64,000 nt of DNA from Acidimicrobiales bacterium (GCA_029263215.1 JAJCXY010000108.1:2135-66134), one strand, 5' to 3'; shown: positions 1 to 8,538, numbered from the stretch's first letter. The notes: a model not told the origin generated them from the letters alone. Program-made: numbers and translations.

Positions 1-711
1 ACGGTCGAAGTAGGCCCACCACATGGCACACACGCCGGCCAGGCCGACTGCCAGCAGCAGCGCCAGCGACGCGTCGATCTCCACCCCATCGAGAGCGAGA
101 CCGACGGCGATGATGCCTTCGCCAAGGGCGATGATGAGGATCAACCCATGCCGCTCGGCGAAGTGGGCCGCGTCCACCTTCCAATCGGCATGACCGGCGA
201 AGCTCGTTGCGATCAACTCGACGGTGAGAGCGCCCAACCAGATCCATTGGAGAGCTTCGCCCCCGACCAAACCGCCGACTAGCACGATCGCCGTGCCCGC
301 GAGCGACATGGGGAGGTACGTCAGAACCGCCCGAAGCTCGTCGGGGTCGTGGCGGGTTCCGATCACGATGACTGCGGCTGCGACCACCCGTACCAGGACG
401 TATCCGAGTGCAAGCCAATCGCCGTCTCCCCCGAACGCAGTCGGCACGGCGAACGCCATGCCGAAGACGCCCAGCATCGACGTGAGAACGGCCACCCGGA
501 TCAGGCGGGGTTCGAGGTCGACGACATTGGTCGTCCATGTCCAGTTCGTCCACGCCCACCACATGATCGCGAGGACCAGAGCACCGCGGAGAACCCCGGG
601 CAGAGTGAGATCGTGAACGACCAGTGAAACCACCTGGGTGATGGCGAACACGAAGACAAGGTCGAAGAACAACTCAAGGGGATGGGCAGCCTTCTCTTCT
701 TCTTCGGTCAT
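1..711 (-). CDS. LtrA (low temperature requirement A) family membrane protein; 3' end lies outside the window
   Basis: Absent from the ORF track because it runs off the window. My minus-strand translation from ATG 711..709 gives MTEEEEKAAHPLELFFDLVFVFAITQVVSLV..., followed by several hydrophobic spans. ELFFDLVFVFA is the N-terminal signature I associate with the LtrA family. Confidence 0.7.
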   Translation of the reverse strand, partial: MTEEEEKAAHPLELFFDLVFVFAITQVVSLVVHDLTLPGVLRGALVLAIMWWAWTNWTWTTNVVDLEPRLIRVAVLTSMLGVFGMAFAVPTAFGGDGDWLALGYVLVRVVAAAVIVIGTRHDPDELRAVLTYLPMSLAGTAIVLVGGLVGGEALQWIWLGALTVELIATSFAGHADWKVDAAHFAERHGLILIIALGEGIIAVGLALDGVEIDASLALLLAVGLAGVCAMWWAYFDR

Positions 712-790
712 GGGCGGCAACGATAGCGAGGGCACGCCCGTCGGCTCCGGCTCATCGTGTGCCCGCGTCGGCGCGCTAGGTTCCGACGTG

Positions 791-1402
791 ATGTCGACCG
801 GTCACAAAATCGCCTTCATCGGATCCCATTCGGTGCGCAAGACCAACGCCGTGCACTCTTTCGCCGGGGCCGTGGGGCGCAGCGGCCGCAGCGTCGAGGT
901 GGGGCGAGAGATGGTGCGGTTCAGTCCCCTGGGGCTGAACGAAGGGGCGACGCCCGAGGCCCAGCTGTGGGTGATCATGGCCCAGATCAGGGAGGAGTTG
1001 GAGCTGCGGACGCGAGCCGACGTACTCGTGCTCGATCGCGCCGTGGTCGACAACTTCGCCTACTTCCTTCGCGCCACCGGAGGCGAAGACCCCTTCGACG
1101 TCAAGCCACTCGTCTCCCGCTGGTCGAACACCTACGACATGTTCGTGCGTCTGTGTCCCGACATTCCACTCAGAGCAGATGGTGTCAGGAGCACCAATGA
1201 GCGCTTCCGAAACGACATCGAGAAGATCCTCGATCTCATCATCCCCCAGTATGTGGATCCCGACCGGCTGGTGGAGCTGAAAGCTTCAGAGATCAGTGAG
1301 TCTTTCGACTGGCCGGGTCTTCTGGAGCAGCTGTGCGGGCCAGTGCCCCACGGCCAACCCGAACCGAAGCCCGTGACCTACGCACCGAAACTCTGGGATT
1401 GA
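791..1402 (+). CDS. P-loop NTPase-like protein (AAA_28/NadR-kinase-like) with degenerate Walker A
   Basis: ORF 638..1402. Internal ATG at 791 gives MSTGHKIAFIGSHSVRKTN..., with GSHSVRKT in place of GxxxxGKT. The upstream part of the ORF overlaps the divergent LtrA gene. Confidence 0.6.
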   Translation: MSTGHKIAFIGSHSVRKTNAVHSFAGAVGRSGRSVEVGREMVRFSPLGLNEGATPEAQLWVIMAQIREELELRTRADVLVLDRAVVDNFAYFLRATGGEDPFDVKPLVSRWSNTYDMFVRLCPDIPLRADGVRSTNERFRNDIEKILDLIIPQYVDPDRLVELKASEISESFDWPGLLEQLCGPVPHGQPEPKPVTYAPKLWD

Positions 1403-1450
1403 GCACGGATACACGAGACAGAACTAGTCTCGGCCGAATATCTCCAGGGG

Positions 1451-2608
1451 GTGCATGTGCAGGTTGGCGTTTTTCTGCTGGGAGCGGTGCCGATGCCCGA
1501 CGCCGGGCCCGGCGACCCGCAGCCCACCGATCGCAAGGCTTCGAACGAGCTCATATGGGACACGACCGAGCGCTTGGTCGATGTCGGGGTTCTGGCCGAT
1601 CGACTCGGCTATGACTACTTCTTTCTGACGGAACACCATTTCCAGCACGAGGGCTACGAGGTGATCCCCAACGCCATCCTCGCCGGCATGGTGGTGGCCG
1701 AGCGCACCGAGCAGATCAAGATCGGAGCTTTGATCCACGTCCTTCCCCAATGGCACCCGCTCCGGTTCGCCGAGGACTTCGCAACGCTCCACAACTTCTC
1801 CGGGGGCCGTGCGGTCATGGCCATTGGTAGAGGCACGGTGCCGCGCGAAGCCATGCCTCTCGGAGCGGTGATCGGCAGCACCGACGACCCCGCGAAGCGA
1901 GCCAAACAGGATCAGCTCAATCGAGAATTGTTCGCGGAAGCTGTCGAGGTGGTCGACCTCGCGCTCAAAAACGAGTGGTTCGCTTTCCACGGCAAGCACT
2001 TCGATTTGCCTCCGCCCGGGATTCCCGACCGTGGCGGTGTCGTCGAGCGGCTATCGCTGACTCCGAGGCCCTTGTCGCCCTATGAGGAATGGCAGACGAT
2101 CTCATCGCCACCCACCCTCGAGGCGGTAGCCCGTCGTGGAGTAGGTGGCGTGTGGTGGAACGTGCACCCTGAGTTCCTGGCCACCCAATGGCATGAGTTC
2201 GGTCGGATCTGGGGGGACGAGCACGGAGTGGCGCTCGGCCCGGGCGAGCAACGCATGATGGTGATCAACGTGAGGATCGGCGACACCCATGAAGAGGCGG
2301 TCTCCGCCGCTCGTCCCGGCTTCGATGAACACTGGAAGTTCCTCGGCCCCTATGGGCGACAGAAGGGATTCATGGGGCCAGACGGCAAGCCTGCGCCCAA
2401 CGGCTGGATCCCGACGTTGGAGGTCGCCATGGACCAGCGGATCGTGCTCGTCGGTACCGCCGACGAGGTTGGCGAGCAGCTGGCTGACCGTGTGGCTCAG
2501 GTCGACGCCACCCACGTCACGATCTACCCCCAGTGCATGGGCGACCCCTACGAAGTGTTCGAGGAGCAGGTCACCCGCTTCGCCGAACAGGTGATGCCGA
2601 ACCTGTAG
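1451..2608 (+). CDS. LLM-class (luciferase-like) flavin-dependent oxidoreductase
   Basis: 385-aa ORF. LGYDYFFLTEHHFQHEGYEVIPN...IKIGALIHVLPQWHPLRFAEDFATL is typical of the luciferase-like monooxygenase fold. Confidence 0.85.
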   Translation: MHVQVGVFLLGAVPMPDAGPGDPQPTDRKASNELIWDTTERLVDVGVLADRLGYDYFFLTEHHFQHEGYEVIPNAILAGMVVAERTEQIKIGALIHVLPQWHPLRFAEDFATLHNFSGGRAVMAIGRGTVPREAMPLGAVIGSTDDPAKRAKQDQLNRELFAEAVEVVDLALKNEWFAFHGKHFDLPPPGIPDRGGVVERLSLTPRPLSPYEEWQTISSPPTLEAVARRGVGGVWWNVHPEFLATQWHEFGRIWGDEHGVALGPGEQRMMVINVRIGDTHEEAVSAARPGFDEHWKFLGPYGRQKGFMGPDGKPAPNGWIPTLEVAMDQRIVLVGTADEVGEQLADRVAQVDATHVTIYPQCMGDPYEVFEEQVTRFAEQVMPNL

Positions 2609-2617
2609 CCGGACGTG

Positions 2618-3610
2618 TCAGGTTGGCGCCGCGCCGGCTCCGGCCCGCCACGGATCAGGCAGTTCGACGATCGCCTGCTCGTCCCGTTCGAGGAGCGAAA
2701 GCGCGGCGAGAACGACGCTGCGCTGGCGTTCGCTGTCGCCGGGGGCGCCGAGCGGACGGCCCATCGGATGCTTGGTGATCGCGGCCCTCGCGACACCCAT
2801 GAGTTCGGGGATGTGGCCGAAGCTGCGTACGTAGACCCCGACGGTGGGGATCCCGATCGACTCGATTGCTCGCTGGACGTGTCCGACCGACACGTGGCAG
2901 ACGGGTCAAACGGGCACCAGCAGGACTGCGTCGACTCCATCATCGCGGAGTTGCTCGGCCCACTCGGGCGCGTTCTTCTTACGCAGCCTCACCTGGGAGG
3001 TGGCGCCGACGAACGAGTAGGCGGTTGGCGCGAGTCCACCGATGACGCCGTCATTTGCCAGCGCCGTCATGTGTTCGAGAGGTAAGGCGACCTGGTGATC
3101 GGCCGCCACCGAAGCGATCGGGTAGCCGCCGTGTCGCACTCTCAGCTGAGAGGGCGGCGTATCTACCGGCACAGCGGATATCGAAGGTGCCGCGCTGAGG
3201 AACTCGCCGATTCGCGCCTCCGCCTCGGCCTGGGTCATGTCTTCGACGTCGAACGGTCGTGGGTCGTCGCCCTCGACAAAATGTCCGCTCGACGTGAGCA
3301 GGGCAACGGTGCACTCCGAGAGCGGCTTGCCGAGGCTGGCGAGCGGCGTGTCGTCGTGGCGGTGGGGGAAGTCGGCGGGGTCTCCGAGATGACCCACATA
3401 CGACTCGAGTTGCCAGCGGTAGGCGGCATCGATCACCCGATCGGCGTTGCCGTCATCGGTGGTCGCGGCAATGGCGGCCAGTAGTTCCTCGAGAAACGCC
3501 CCGAACTCGTCGTCGCTGAGGCCCTTGATGAACTTGAAGTTGAGGTTGCTTCGTGAGCCGTAGGCGAACGACTGGCGAAGCTGCTCGATGGTTTCGGGTT
3601 GCTTGTTCAC
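2618..3610 (-). CDS. glycine/sarcosine/betaine reductase selenoprotein B (GrdB) family protein, predicted selenoprotein (Sec = TGA at complement 2906..2908)
   Basis: The C-terminal part of ORF 2906..4237 (...GVDAVLLVPV) and ORF 2618..2893 are in the same frame and separated only by TGA-CCC-GTC-TGC-CAC. The read-through product is ...LLVPV-U-PVCHVSVGHVQRAIESIGIPTVGVYVRS...HPMGRPLGAPGDSERQRSVVLAALSLLE, which is GrdB-family-like. The likely start is GTG at 3610 (VNKQPETIEQL), 23 nt after the upstream stop. Confidence 0.75.
2877..2895 (-). promoter_or_regulatory. candidate bacterial SECIS hairpin downstream of UGA 2908..2906
   Basis: Minus-strand RNA is UGA CCCGUCUGCC ACGUGUC GGUCG GACACGU. This gives a perfect 7-bp stem starting 10 nt after the UGA, with an apical GGUC beginning 17 nt after the UGA. 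Confidence 0.55.
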
Positions 3611-3633
3611 GCCGACAGGGTAGGGCCTCGGCC

Positions 3634-4404
3634 TCAGCGACCGAAGTCGAAGGTGCTGATCTCGACCATGGCTTCGGCCAACTTGGCCACGGCATTGTCG
3701 AACAATTGTTTGCCGAGTTCCGCGCTGGCGCCGGTGGGGTCTCCGATATATCCGTCGGGATCGAAGTCGTTGGACAACCACCCGAATGAAACCGACCCGC
3801 CGAACTTGACGTGGGTGTTTTCGGCCAGCCGTTCGGGAACCTTGCGCTCGGCGCCGCTGAGGTCGACTTCGTCGGGGCGGAGGTACATGAAGACCGAGGT
3901 TTCGTTCAGGCCTCCGTGGATGCCCATACCCAGTTCTTCCTCGGTGGATGTGCCGCCGTAGGCCGGGGGGAGCGAGGGATGCATCAGGAAGGTCTTGAGC
4001 CCATGGGCCAGCCGCAACTCGCGCAGTGCGGTCCCGAGGTGGGTGGTGTTTCCCCCGTGGCCATTGAGCAGAACCAGACGTTGCGCCGCGGTGGTGGCGA
4101 TCGAACGGCCGATGTCGCGAAGAACGGCGAGCATGGTTTCCGGCGACAGGTAGAGGGTGCCGGGTGACCAGGCGTGCTCGTTGGACTTCGAGATCGACAG
4201 TGTGGGCAGTTGCCACACGTCGAGTTCCTCGCCACACGCGGCCACCACGGCCGTTGCGACCTCCTCGGCAATCACCGTATCGACCGACATCGGCAGGTGG
4301 GGGCCATGCTGTTCGATCGCGCCGATGGGCAAGAGCAGGATGCTCGATGGCTTGATCGCCTCAGCGATCTCGGGTCCGGTCAGGTCCTCGTAACGTCGAC
4401 TCAT
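3634..4404 (-). CDS. creatininase (creatinine amidohydrolase) family protein
   Basis: 256-aa ORF. LLLPIGAIEQHGPHLPMSVDT...LVLLNGHGGN is characteristic of the creatininase family. It lies immediately upstream of the GrdB-like gene. Confidence 0.85.
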   Translation of the reverse strand: MSRRYEDLTGPEIAEAIKPSSILLLPIGAIEQHGPHLPMSVDTVIAEEVATAVVAACGEELDVWQLPTLSISKSNEHAWSPGTLYLSPETMLAVLRDIGRSIATTAAQRLVLLNGHGGNTTHLGTALRELRLAHGLKTFLMHPSLPPAYGGTSTEEELGMGIHGGLNETSVFMYLRPDEVDLSGAERKVPERLAENTHVKFGGSVSFGWLSNDFDPDGYIGDPTGASAELGKQLFDNAVAKLAEAMVEISTFDFGR

Positions 4405-4451
4405 GCGACGACACTAGCCAGCAGCCAACGACACCGAGTCGGTCGGTGTCG

Positions 4452-5228
4452 TCAGGCTCCCGACCAGCGGACGCGCTGACTGTTGCGCCAGAGGTCCATC
4501 AGGTCGGTGTCGCCAGCCAATGTCGCGTTCGAGTCGGGAGTCCGGTTCCAGAAGAGCAGGTAGAGCTCGGCCGCGGTTGCGGTGACCGTGAGGTCGGCGT
4601 CGCGATCCTGCCGTGAGGTCTTGATCCCCTGGGGGCCGATCGTCAGATGCCAGTGCTCGTCGACGTCGTGCGCGTGGATGCCGATGGTTCGCTCTGTGTC
4701 GACTTCGAGCTCTCTCGGTCGGGGAGCGAAGCACGAGAGGAGCTCATCGAGCATGTCGGCTGCGAACTGTGGCTCGAAGTGTGATTCGATGCCGCGCGAG
4801 GCCTCGGCGTCGAATCGGTGGACGGCAATTTCGCTGGCCTGGCGGCGGGCCCACATTGTGAGCGGTGTGGGCGCCGGGAGGAAGGTGAAGCACTCGACAT
4901 CGACTGGTGCCGACTCCAGCACGCGAACCAGGTTCTTGTGGGTTTGGCGATACCAGGAGACGAGTTCGGCATCGTCGGGCCAAGAGGACCCAAGATCGGG
5001 CCAGTACCCGTTGAGGGCCGCCAGCTCGTCGACGTCGAGCCAGTCGTCGCTCGGATACGCAACGTTTGCCGCGGCCCACAGGTGGATCACGCCGAGGTGA
5101 CGCACAAGCCCGCGCATGTCCCAGTCGTCGCATGCTGCTATGTCGACACTCAGTTCGCCGTGCTCAGCAGCGGCTGCGAACAGTTCGCCTTCTGAGGTAA
5201 CGAACCCGATGTAGTTCGATACTTCCAT
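4452..5228 (-). CDS. maleylpyruvate isomerase family mycothiol-dependent enzyme (DinB-like)
   Basis: ORF 4452..5255, with probable start at MEVSNYIG (5228). LVRHLGVIHLWAAANV...MWARRQASEIAVHRFDAE resembles the DinB/MDMPI N-terminal domain. Confidence 0.75.
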   Translation of the reverse strand: MEVSNYIGFVTSEGELFAAAAEHGELSVDIAACDDWDMRGLVRHLGVIHLWAAANVAYPSDDWLDVDELAALNGYWPDLGSSWPDDAELVSWYRQTHKNLVRVLESAPVDVECFTFLPAPTPLTMWARRQASEIAVHRFDAEASRGIESHFEPQFAADMLDELLSCFAPRPRELEVDTERTIGIHAHDVDEHWHLTIGPQGIKTSRQDRDADLTVTATAAELYLLFWNRTPDSNATLAGDTDLMDLWRNSQRVRWSGA

Positions 5229-5299
5229 CACTATCCCCCTATATCGATACTGCAAAGTACAGGATGGATATTACTGAACAATGCAGTAAAGTCAAGTGC
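5229..5299. promoter_or_regulatory. AT-rich divergent promoter/operator region between the DinB-like gene and the PadR regulator
   Basis: The region is locally AT-rich in a GC-rich window. TACTGCA (5248..5254) and TGCAGTA (5282..5288) form an inverted repeat. TACTGaacaatgCAGTA (5272..5288) has palindromic arms. Confidence 0.35.
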
Positions 5300-5935
5300 G
5301 TGTCTTCACGCCTCACCGTCTCCTCCTATGCCGTCCTCGGACTTCTGGCCATTCAGCCCTGGACCGGCTACGCGCTCACCCAGCAGGCAAAGCGAAGCCT
5401 TCGCTTCGCCTGGCCGAAGTCTGAACGGCTCCTGTACTCCGAACCGAAGAAACTCGTCGAGCACGGACTGGCAACGGCGACGCAGGAATCGGTGGGCCAA
5501 CGCAATCGCACCGTGTACACCATCACCGATGAGGGTCGGGTCGCGCTCAAGGAGTGGATGGCGACCTCACCCCAACCGCCGGCCCTTGAAGCAGAAGCCC
5601 TGCTCCGGCTTCTCTTCGCGGAAAACGGCACCACCGGTGAGCTCATGGCGGCGCTCACCGAGATGGCCGATGATGCAAGCTCCCTCTATGAGCAGGTCGT
5701 CACCATCAACGCGAGCTACCTCGACGGACAGCACCCGTTCCCCCAGAGAACCCACCTGTCGGTCCTGTTCGCCACCTTCCAACTAGAGCTCTTCGACGTC
5801 ATGATCCGGTGGGTCGACTTCGCCAAGGCCGAGGTGGCCACCTGGCCCGCAACCGAAGGCGTGGGCATGACCGACCGCACCGAAGCCATCCTCAAGCTCA
5901 TAAAGCAGCGCAGATCCGTGCTCGAGGACCTGTAG
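5264..5935 (+). CDS. PadR family transcriptional regulator
   Basis: YAVLGLLAIQPWTGYALTQQAKRSLRFAWPKSERLLYSEPKKLVEHGLA...RTVYTITDEGR is a PadR winged helix. The start could instead be GTG at 5300. Confidence 0.8.
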   Translation: MDITEQCSKVKCVSSRLTVSSYAVLGLLAIQPWTGYALTQQAKRSLRFAWPKSERLLYSEPKKLVEHGLATATQESVGQRNRTVYTITDEGRVALKEWMATSPQPPALEAEALLRLLFAENGTTGELMAALTEMADDASSLYEQVVTINASYLDGQHPFPQRTHLSVLFATFQLELFDVMIRWVDFAKAEVATWPATEGVGMTDRTEAILKLIKQRRSVLEDL

Positions 5936-5942
5936 CGGGCCA

Positions 5943-5966
5943 GTCGATCCCCCTCGTGGGGTCGAC
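5943..5966. terminator. GC-rich hairpin between convergent genes (possible bidirectional terminator)
   Basis: GTCGAtCCCC-ctcgt-GGGGTCGAC forms 9 bp with one bulge. It sits between the PadR stop (5933..5935) and the stop of the minus-strand gene (5966..5968). There is no clear U-tract. Confidence 0.35.
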
Positions 5967-6304
5967 TAGTTCGACCTGGCCGCAGAGCTGGCGATTGCTG
6001 CAATGGCAACGACCACCAAGATGCCCCATGCGAGATAGCGAAACCATTGCGGCGCGAATCGCCAGAGATTCCTGACCTGGGCCCAAACAGCGGCAGCACC
6101 GAACAGCAGGCCGGCACCCAGCCCGCCGACAGCAGCCACAACACGAAATGCTTCATCGCCGGTGGACCCGTCGTCGGGGTCGGCTATGCCGAGCACCAGT
6201 CCGGCCAGCGCCGCCACCAGGGTCGCAGTGGAAGCCAGCGTGATCAGGATCCAGAAGCGGCGGAGCTCGCGTGCGTCAGCTTCGGACCGGTCGGTGTAGT
6301 CCAT
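5966..6304 (-). CDS. small integral membrane protein (hypothetical)
   Basis: 112-aa ORF with three hydrophobic spans (FWILITLASTATLVAALAGLVLG, VVAAVGGLGAGLLFGAAAVWA, LAWGILVVVAIAAIA). Confidence 0.6.
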   Translation of the reverse strand: MDYTDRSEADARELRRFWILITLASTATLVAALAGLVLGIADPDDGSTGDEAFRVVAAVGGLGAGLLFGAAAVWAQVRNLWRFAPQWFRYLAWGILVVVAIAAIASSAARSN

Positions 6305-6911
6305 GAATCTACGACACTACTTCGTCGTAGCTGCCCAAGAGCTCGCATTGCCCGCCTTGGACGGGGTCTGCTTCGATGGGGGAGTGGGAGAGAGCGAGAT
6401 CACCGCGGAGACCAAGGTCGCCACCTTGCTGAACGAACACCCCGAGGTCGAGGACCTGCTCATTTCCATGGCTCCTGCATTCATCAAGCTCCGCAACCCG
6501 GTCCTGCGGCGAAGCGTCGGTCGGGTTGCAACCCTGACCCAGGCCGCGGCGGTCGGAAAGATCGAAGTAGCCGAACTGGTGAACGAGTTGCGTGTCGCGG
6601 TGGGTCAAGCGCCGCTAGATAACATCGGACTCGCCGACGAGGTCGAGTACTTCGGGCCGGCACCGGAATGGTTCGATGAGGGCGCGATCGTGAAGGTTCT
6701 ACACGAGCAGGACCTCGATCCGGATGTGATGCCGATCAATCCGCTCCTTCGGGCGGTGCGTGATCTGGGTGATGGCGAGACCGCTGAACTTGTGACCGAG
6801 CATCTGCCGGCGCCTGGCATCGACATCCTTCGCCGCAAGGGTTACGCGGTGTGGTCGACCGAGCATGTCGGGCTCATCCGCACCTTCGTAGCTCGATCTC
6901 CACTCGGTTGA
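6303..6911 (+). CDS. DUF1858/DUF2249-like domain protein
   Basis: ITAETKVATLLNEHPEVEDLLISMAP...LRNPVLRRSVGRVATL is DUF1858-like. LDPDVMPINPLLRAVRDLGDGETAELVTEHLPAPGIDILRRKGY is DUF2249/TusA-like. The start is uncertain; an alternative GTG lies near 6384. Confidence 0.55.
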   Translation: MNLRHYFVVAAQELALPALDGVCFDGGVGESEITAETKVATLLNEHPEVEDLLISMAPAFIKLRNPVLRRSVGRVATLTQAAAVGKIEVAELVNELRVAVGQAPLDNIGLADEVEYFGPAPEWFDEGAIVKVLHEQDLDPDVMPINPLLRAVRDLGDGETAELVTEHLPAPGIDILRRKGYAVWSTEHVGLIRTFVARSPLG

Positions 6912-6962
6912 CTACTGTTTGCCGGGTCTGCGCAATGGCGCCGTCGTTATCAGGGGGACGAC

Positions 6963-7862
6963 ATGGGTTACGAGGTTCGATTTCAGGCACTGATCCTGCC
7001 GAATGTGGAATGGGACGAACTCATCGGCCGGTTCAAGCGGGCTGAGGATCTCGGTTTCGATCTGGCAGTGACAGCCGATCACTGGTGCGACTGGTCGAAT
7101 CCGCCGAGCAACTGGTTCGAACTGTGGACCACCCTCGCCGGGGTTGCGCAGGCCACCAGTCGAATCCGGATAGCGCCCTGTGTTGCCCAGATACCGCTCC
7201 GGAATCCGGCGATGCTCGCGCGTCAGGCTTTGACCGTCGATCACATCTCAGGTGGCCGGCTTGAAGTGGGGCTGGGTCTCGGCATGCCGATAGATCCGTC
7301 GTACGACATGATCGGGATGGAGAATTGGACGAACAAGAAGCGTGTTGCCCAGTTTGACGAGTACGTGGAGCTTGTCGGCCAGCTTCTCGCCAATGAGGCC
7401 ACTACCTACAAGGGTGAGTTCTACGAGGTCAACGAGGCGACGATGAATCCGCGCAGCCCGCAGCGGCCCCGACCACCCATCACAGTGGCGGCGATGGGTC
7501 CGGTGATGATCGGCAAGGCAGCCCGCTACGCCGATACCTGGAACACCATGAGCTTTGCCGAGGATTTCGACGACCAGCTGAAGGAAGTCGGAGAGAAGAT
7601 CGCGGTGTGTCGGCAGCACTGCGAAACGATCGGCCGCGATCCGGAGACTCTACGGATCTCCTACAACATGTTCGACGCCAAGGGTCGGGCCACGGGCGGC
7701 GAGATCCGGTACTACCAATCGCATCAGGTATTCGAGGATCTGATCGGAGGATTGGCCGAGGTCGGCATCACCGATTTCGGTCTGTACTACCCGATGCTCG
7801 ACAGCCAGTTGGACGCCTTCGAATCGGTCGCTACGGAACTGTTTCCGAAGCTGCGGAGCTAG
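6963..7862 (+). CDS. LLM-class F420-dependent oxidoreductase
   Basis: 299-aa ORF. AEDLGFDLAVTADHW...RIRIAPCVAQIPLRNPAMLARQALTVDHISGGRLEVGLGLG is typical of the LLM fold. Confidence 0.85.
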   Translation: MGYEVRFQALILPNVEWDELIGRFKRAEDLGFDLAVTADHWCDWSNPPSNWFELWTTLAGVAQATSRIRIAPCVAQIPLRNPAMLARQALTVDHISGGRLEVGLGLGMPIDPSYDMIGMENWTNKKRVAQFDEYVELVGQLLANEATTYKGEFYEVNEATMNPRSPQRPRPPITVAAMGPVMIGKAARYADTWNTMSFAEDFDDQLKEVGEKIAVCRQHCETIGRDPETLRISYNMFDAKGRATGGEIRYYQSHQVFEDLIGGLAEVGITDFGLYYPMLDSQLDAFESVATELFPKLRS

Positions 7863-7868
7863 GCGCTA

Positions 7869-8498
7869 GTGGTGGAATTCAAAGAGACGATAACGACGCT
7901 GCAAGAGCTGCGAGAAGTCGTCGCTCCGCCCAGCGAGTTCGTGATCGCAAAGGAGGTCAATCGGTTCGACGACTACTGCCGAGATTTCATCTGCAGGTCA
8001 CCGTTCGTTCTCATCGCTTCGAGTGACGGGGAGGGGTCGATCGACATCTCACCCAAGGGCGACCCGCCCGGATTCGTGCAAGTGCTCGACGATCGAACCC
8101 TCGCCATACCCGACCGACTGGGCAATCACCGAGCCGACACCTTCGTCAACGTGGTGCGCCACCCATTCGTCGGCTTGATCTTCATGATCCCAGGGACGAA
8201 GAACACCCTGCGAGTGCGAGGCCGAGCCACGATCGTTCGTGACGAGGACCTCCGCTCTTCGATGGAAGTCAAGGGGAGCGTTCCTGATCTCGCCCTCGTG
8301 GTCGAACTGACCACCGCGTACTTCCATTGCGCGAAGTGCATCATCCGGTCTGGGTTGTGGTCCATCGATGGTGTCGTCGAAAAAGATGCCGACGACCTGC
8401 TGCTTGCGGAGGCGATGGTGAAACATGGCGAGTTGCCCATCACCGTCGAGCAGATGCAGGAGATCATCTTGAACGACGAGGCCGAGCGTCTCTACTGA
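7869..8498 (+). CDS. pyridoxamine 5'-phosphate oxidase (PPOX) family FMN-binding protein
   Basis: GTG start. SPFVLIASSDGEGSIDISPKGDPPGFV...NTLRVRGRATIV...FHCAKCIIRSGLW resembles MSMEG_1061-type PPOX flavoproteins. Confidence 0.8.
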   Translation: MVEFKETITTLQELREVVAPPSEFVIAKEVNRFDDYCRDFICRSPFVLIASSDGEGSIDISPKGDPPGFVQVLDDRTLAIPDRLGNHRADTFVNVVRHPFVGLIFMIPGTKNTLRVRGRATIVRDEDLRSSMEVKGSVPDLALVVELTTAYFHCAKCIIRSGLWSIDGVVEKDADDLLLAEAMVKHGELPITVEQMQEIILNDEAERLY

Positions 8499-8538
8499 GT
8501 GAGTTGCTGACTCGCCTGGACCTGCGAGGATCGGGCTC

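Noticed and set aside
2618-2908. GrdB-like region interpreted as two separate genes, or TGA globally reassigned (code 4/25-like)
   Set aside because: TGA ends many genes here at family-typical lengths (for example 791..1402, 3634..4404 and 7869..8498), so it is a normal stop. The two fragments are in frame, 4 codons apart, and each lacks half of the domain. Site-specific Sec recoding fits better.
2906-4237. The 443-aa minus-strand ORF taken at face value as one protein
   Set aside because: Its N-terminal ~210 aa are Arg/Pro/His-rich and overlap, out of frame, the clearly real creatininase gene (3634..4404). Only the portion downstream of GTG 3610 is family-like.
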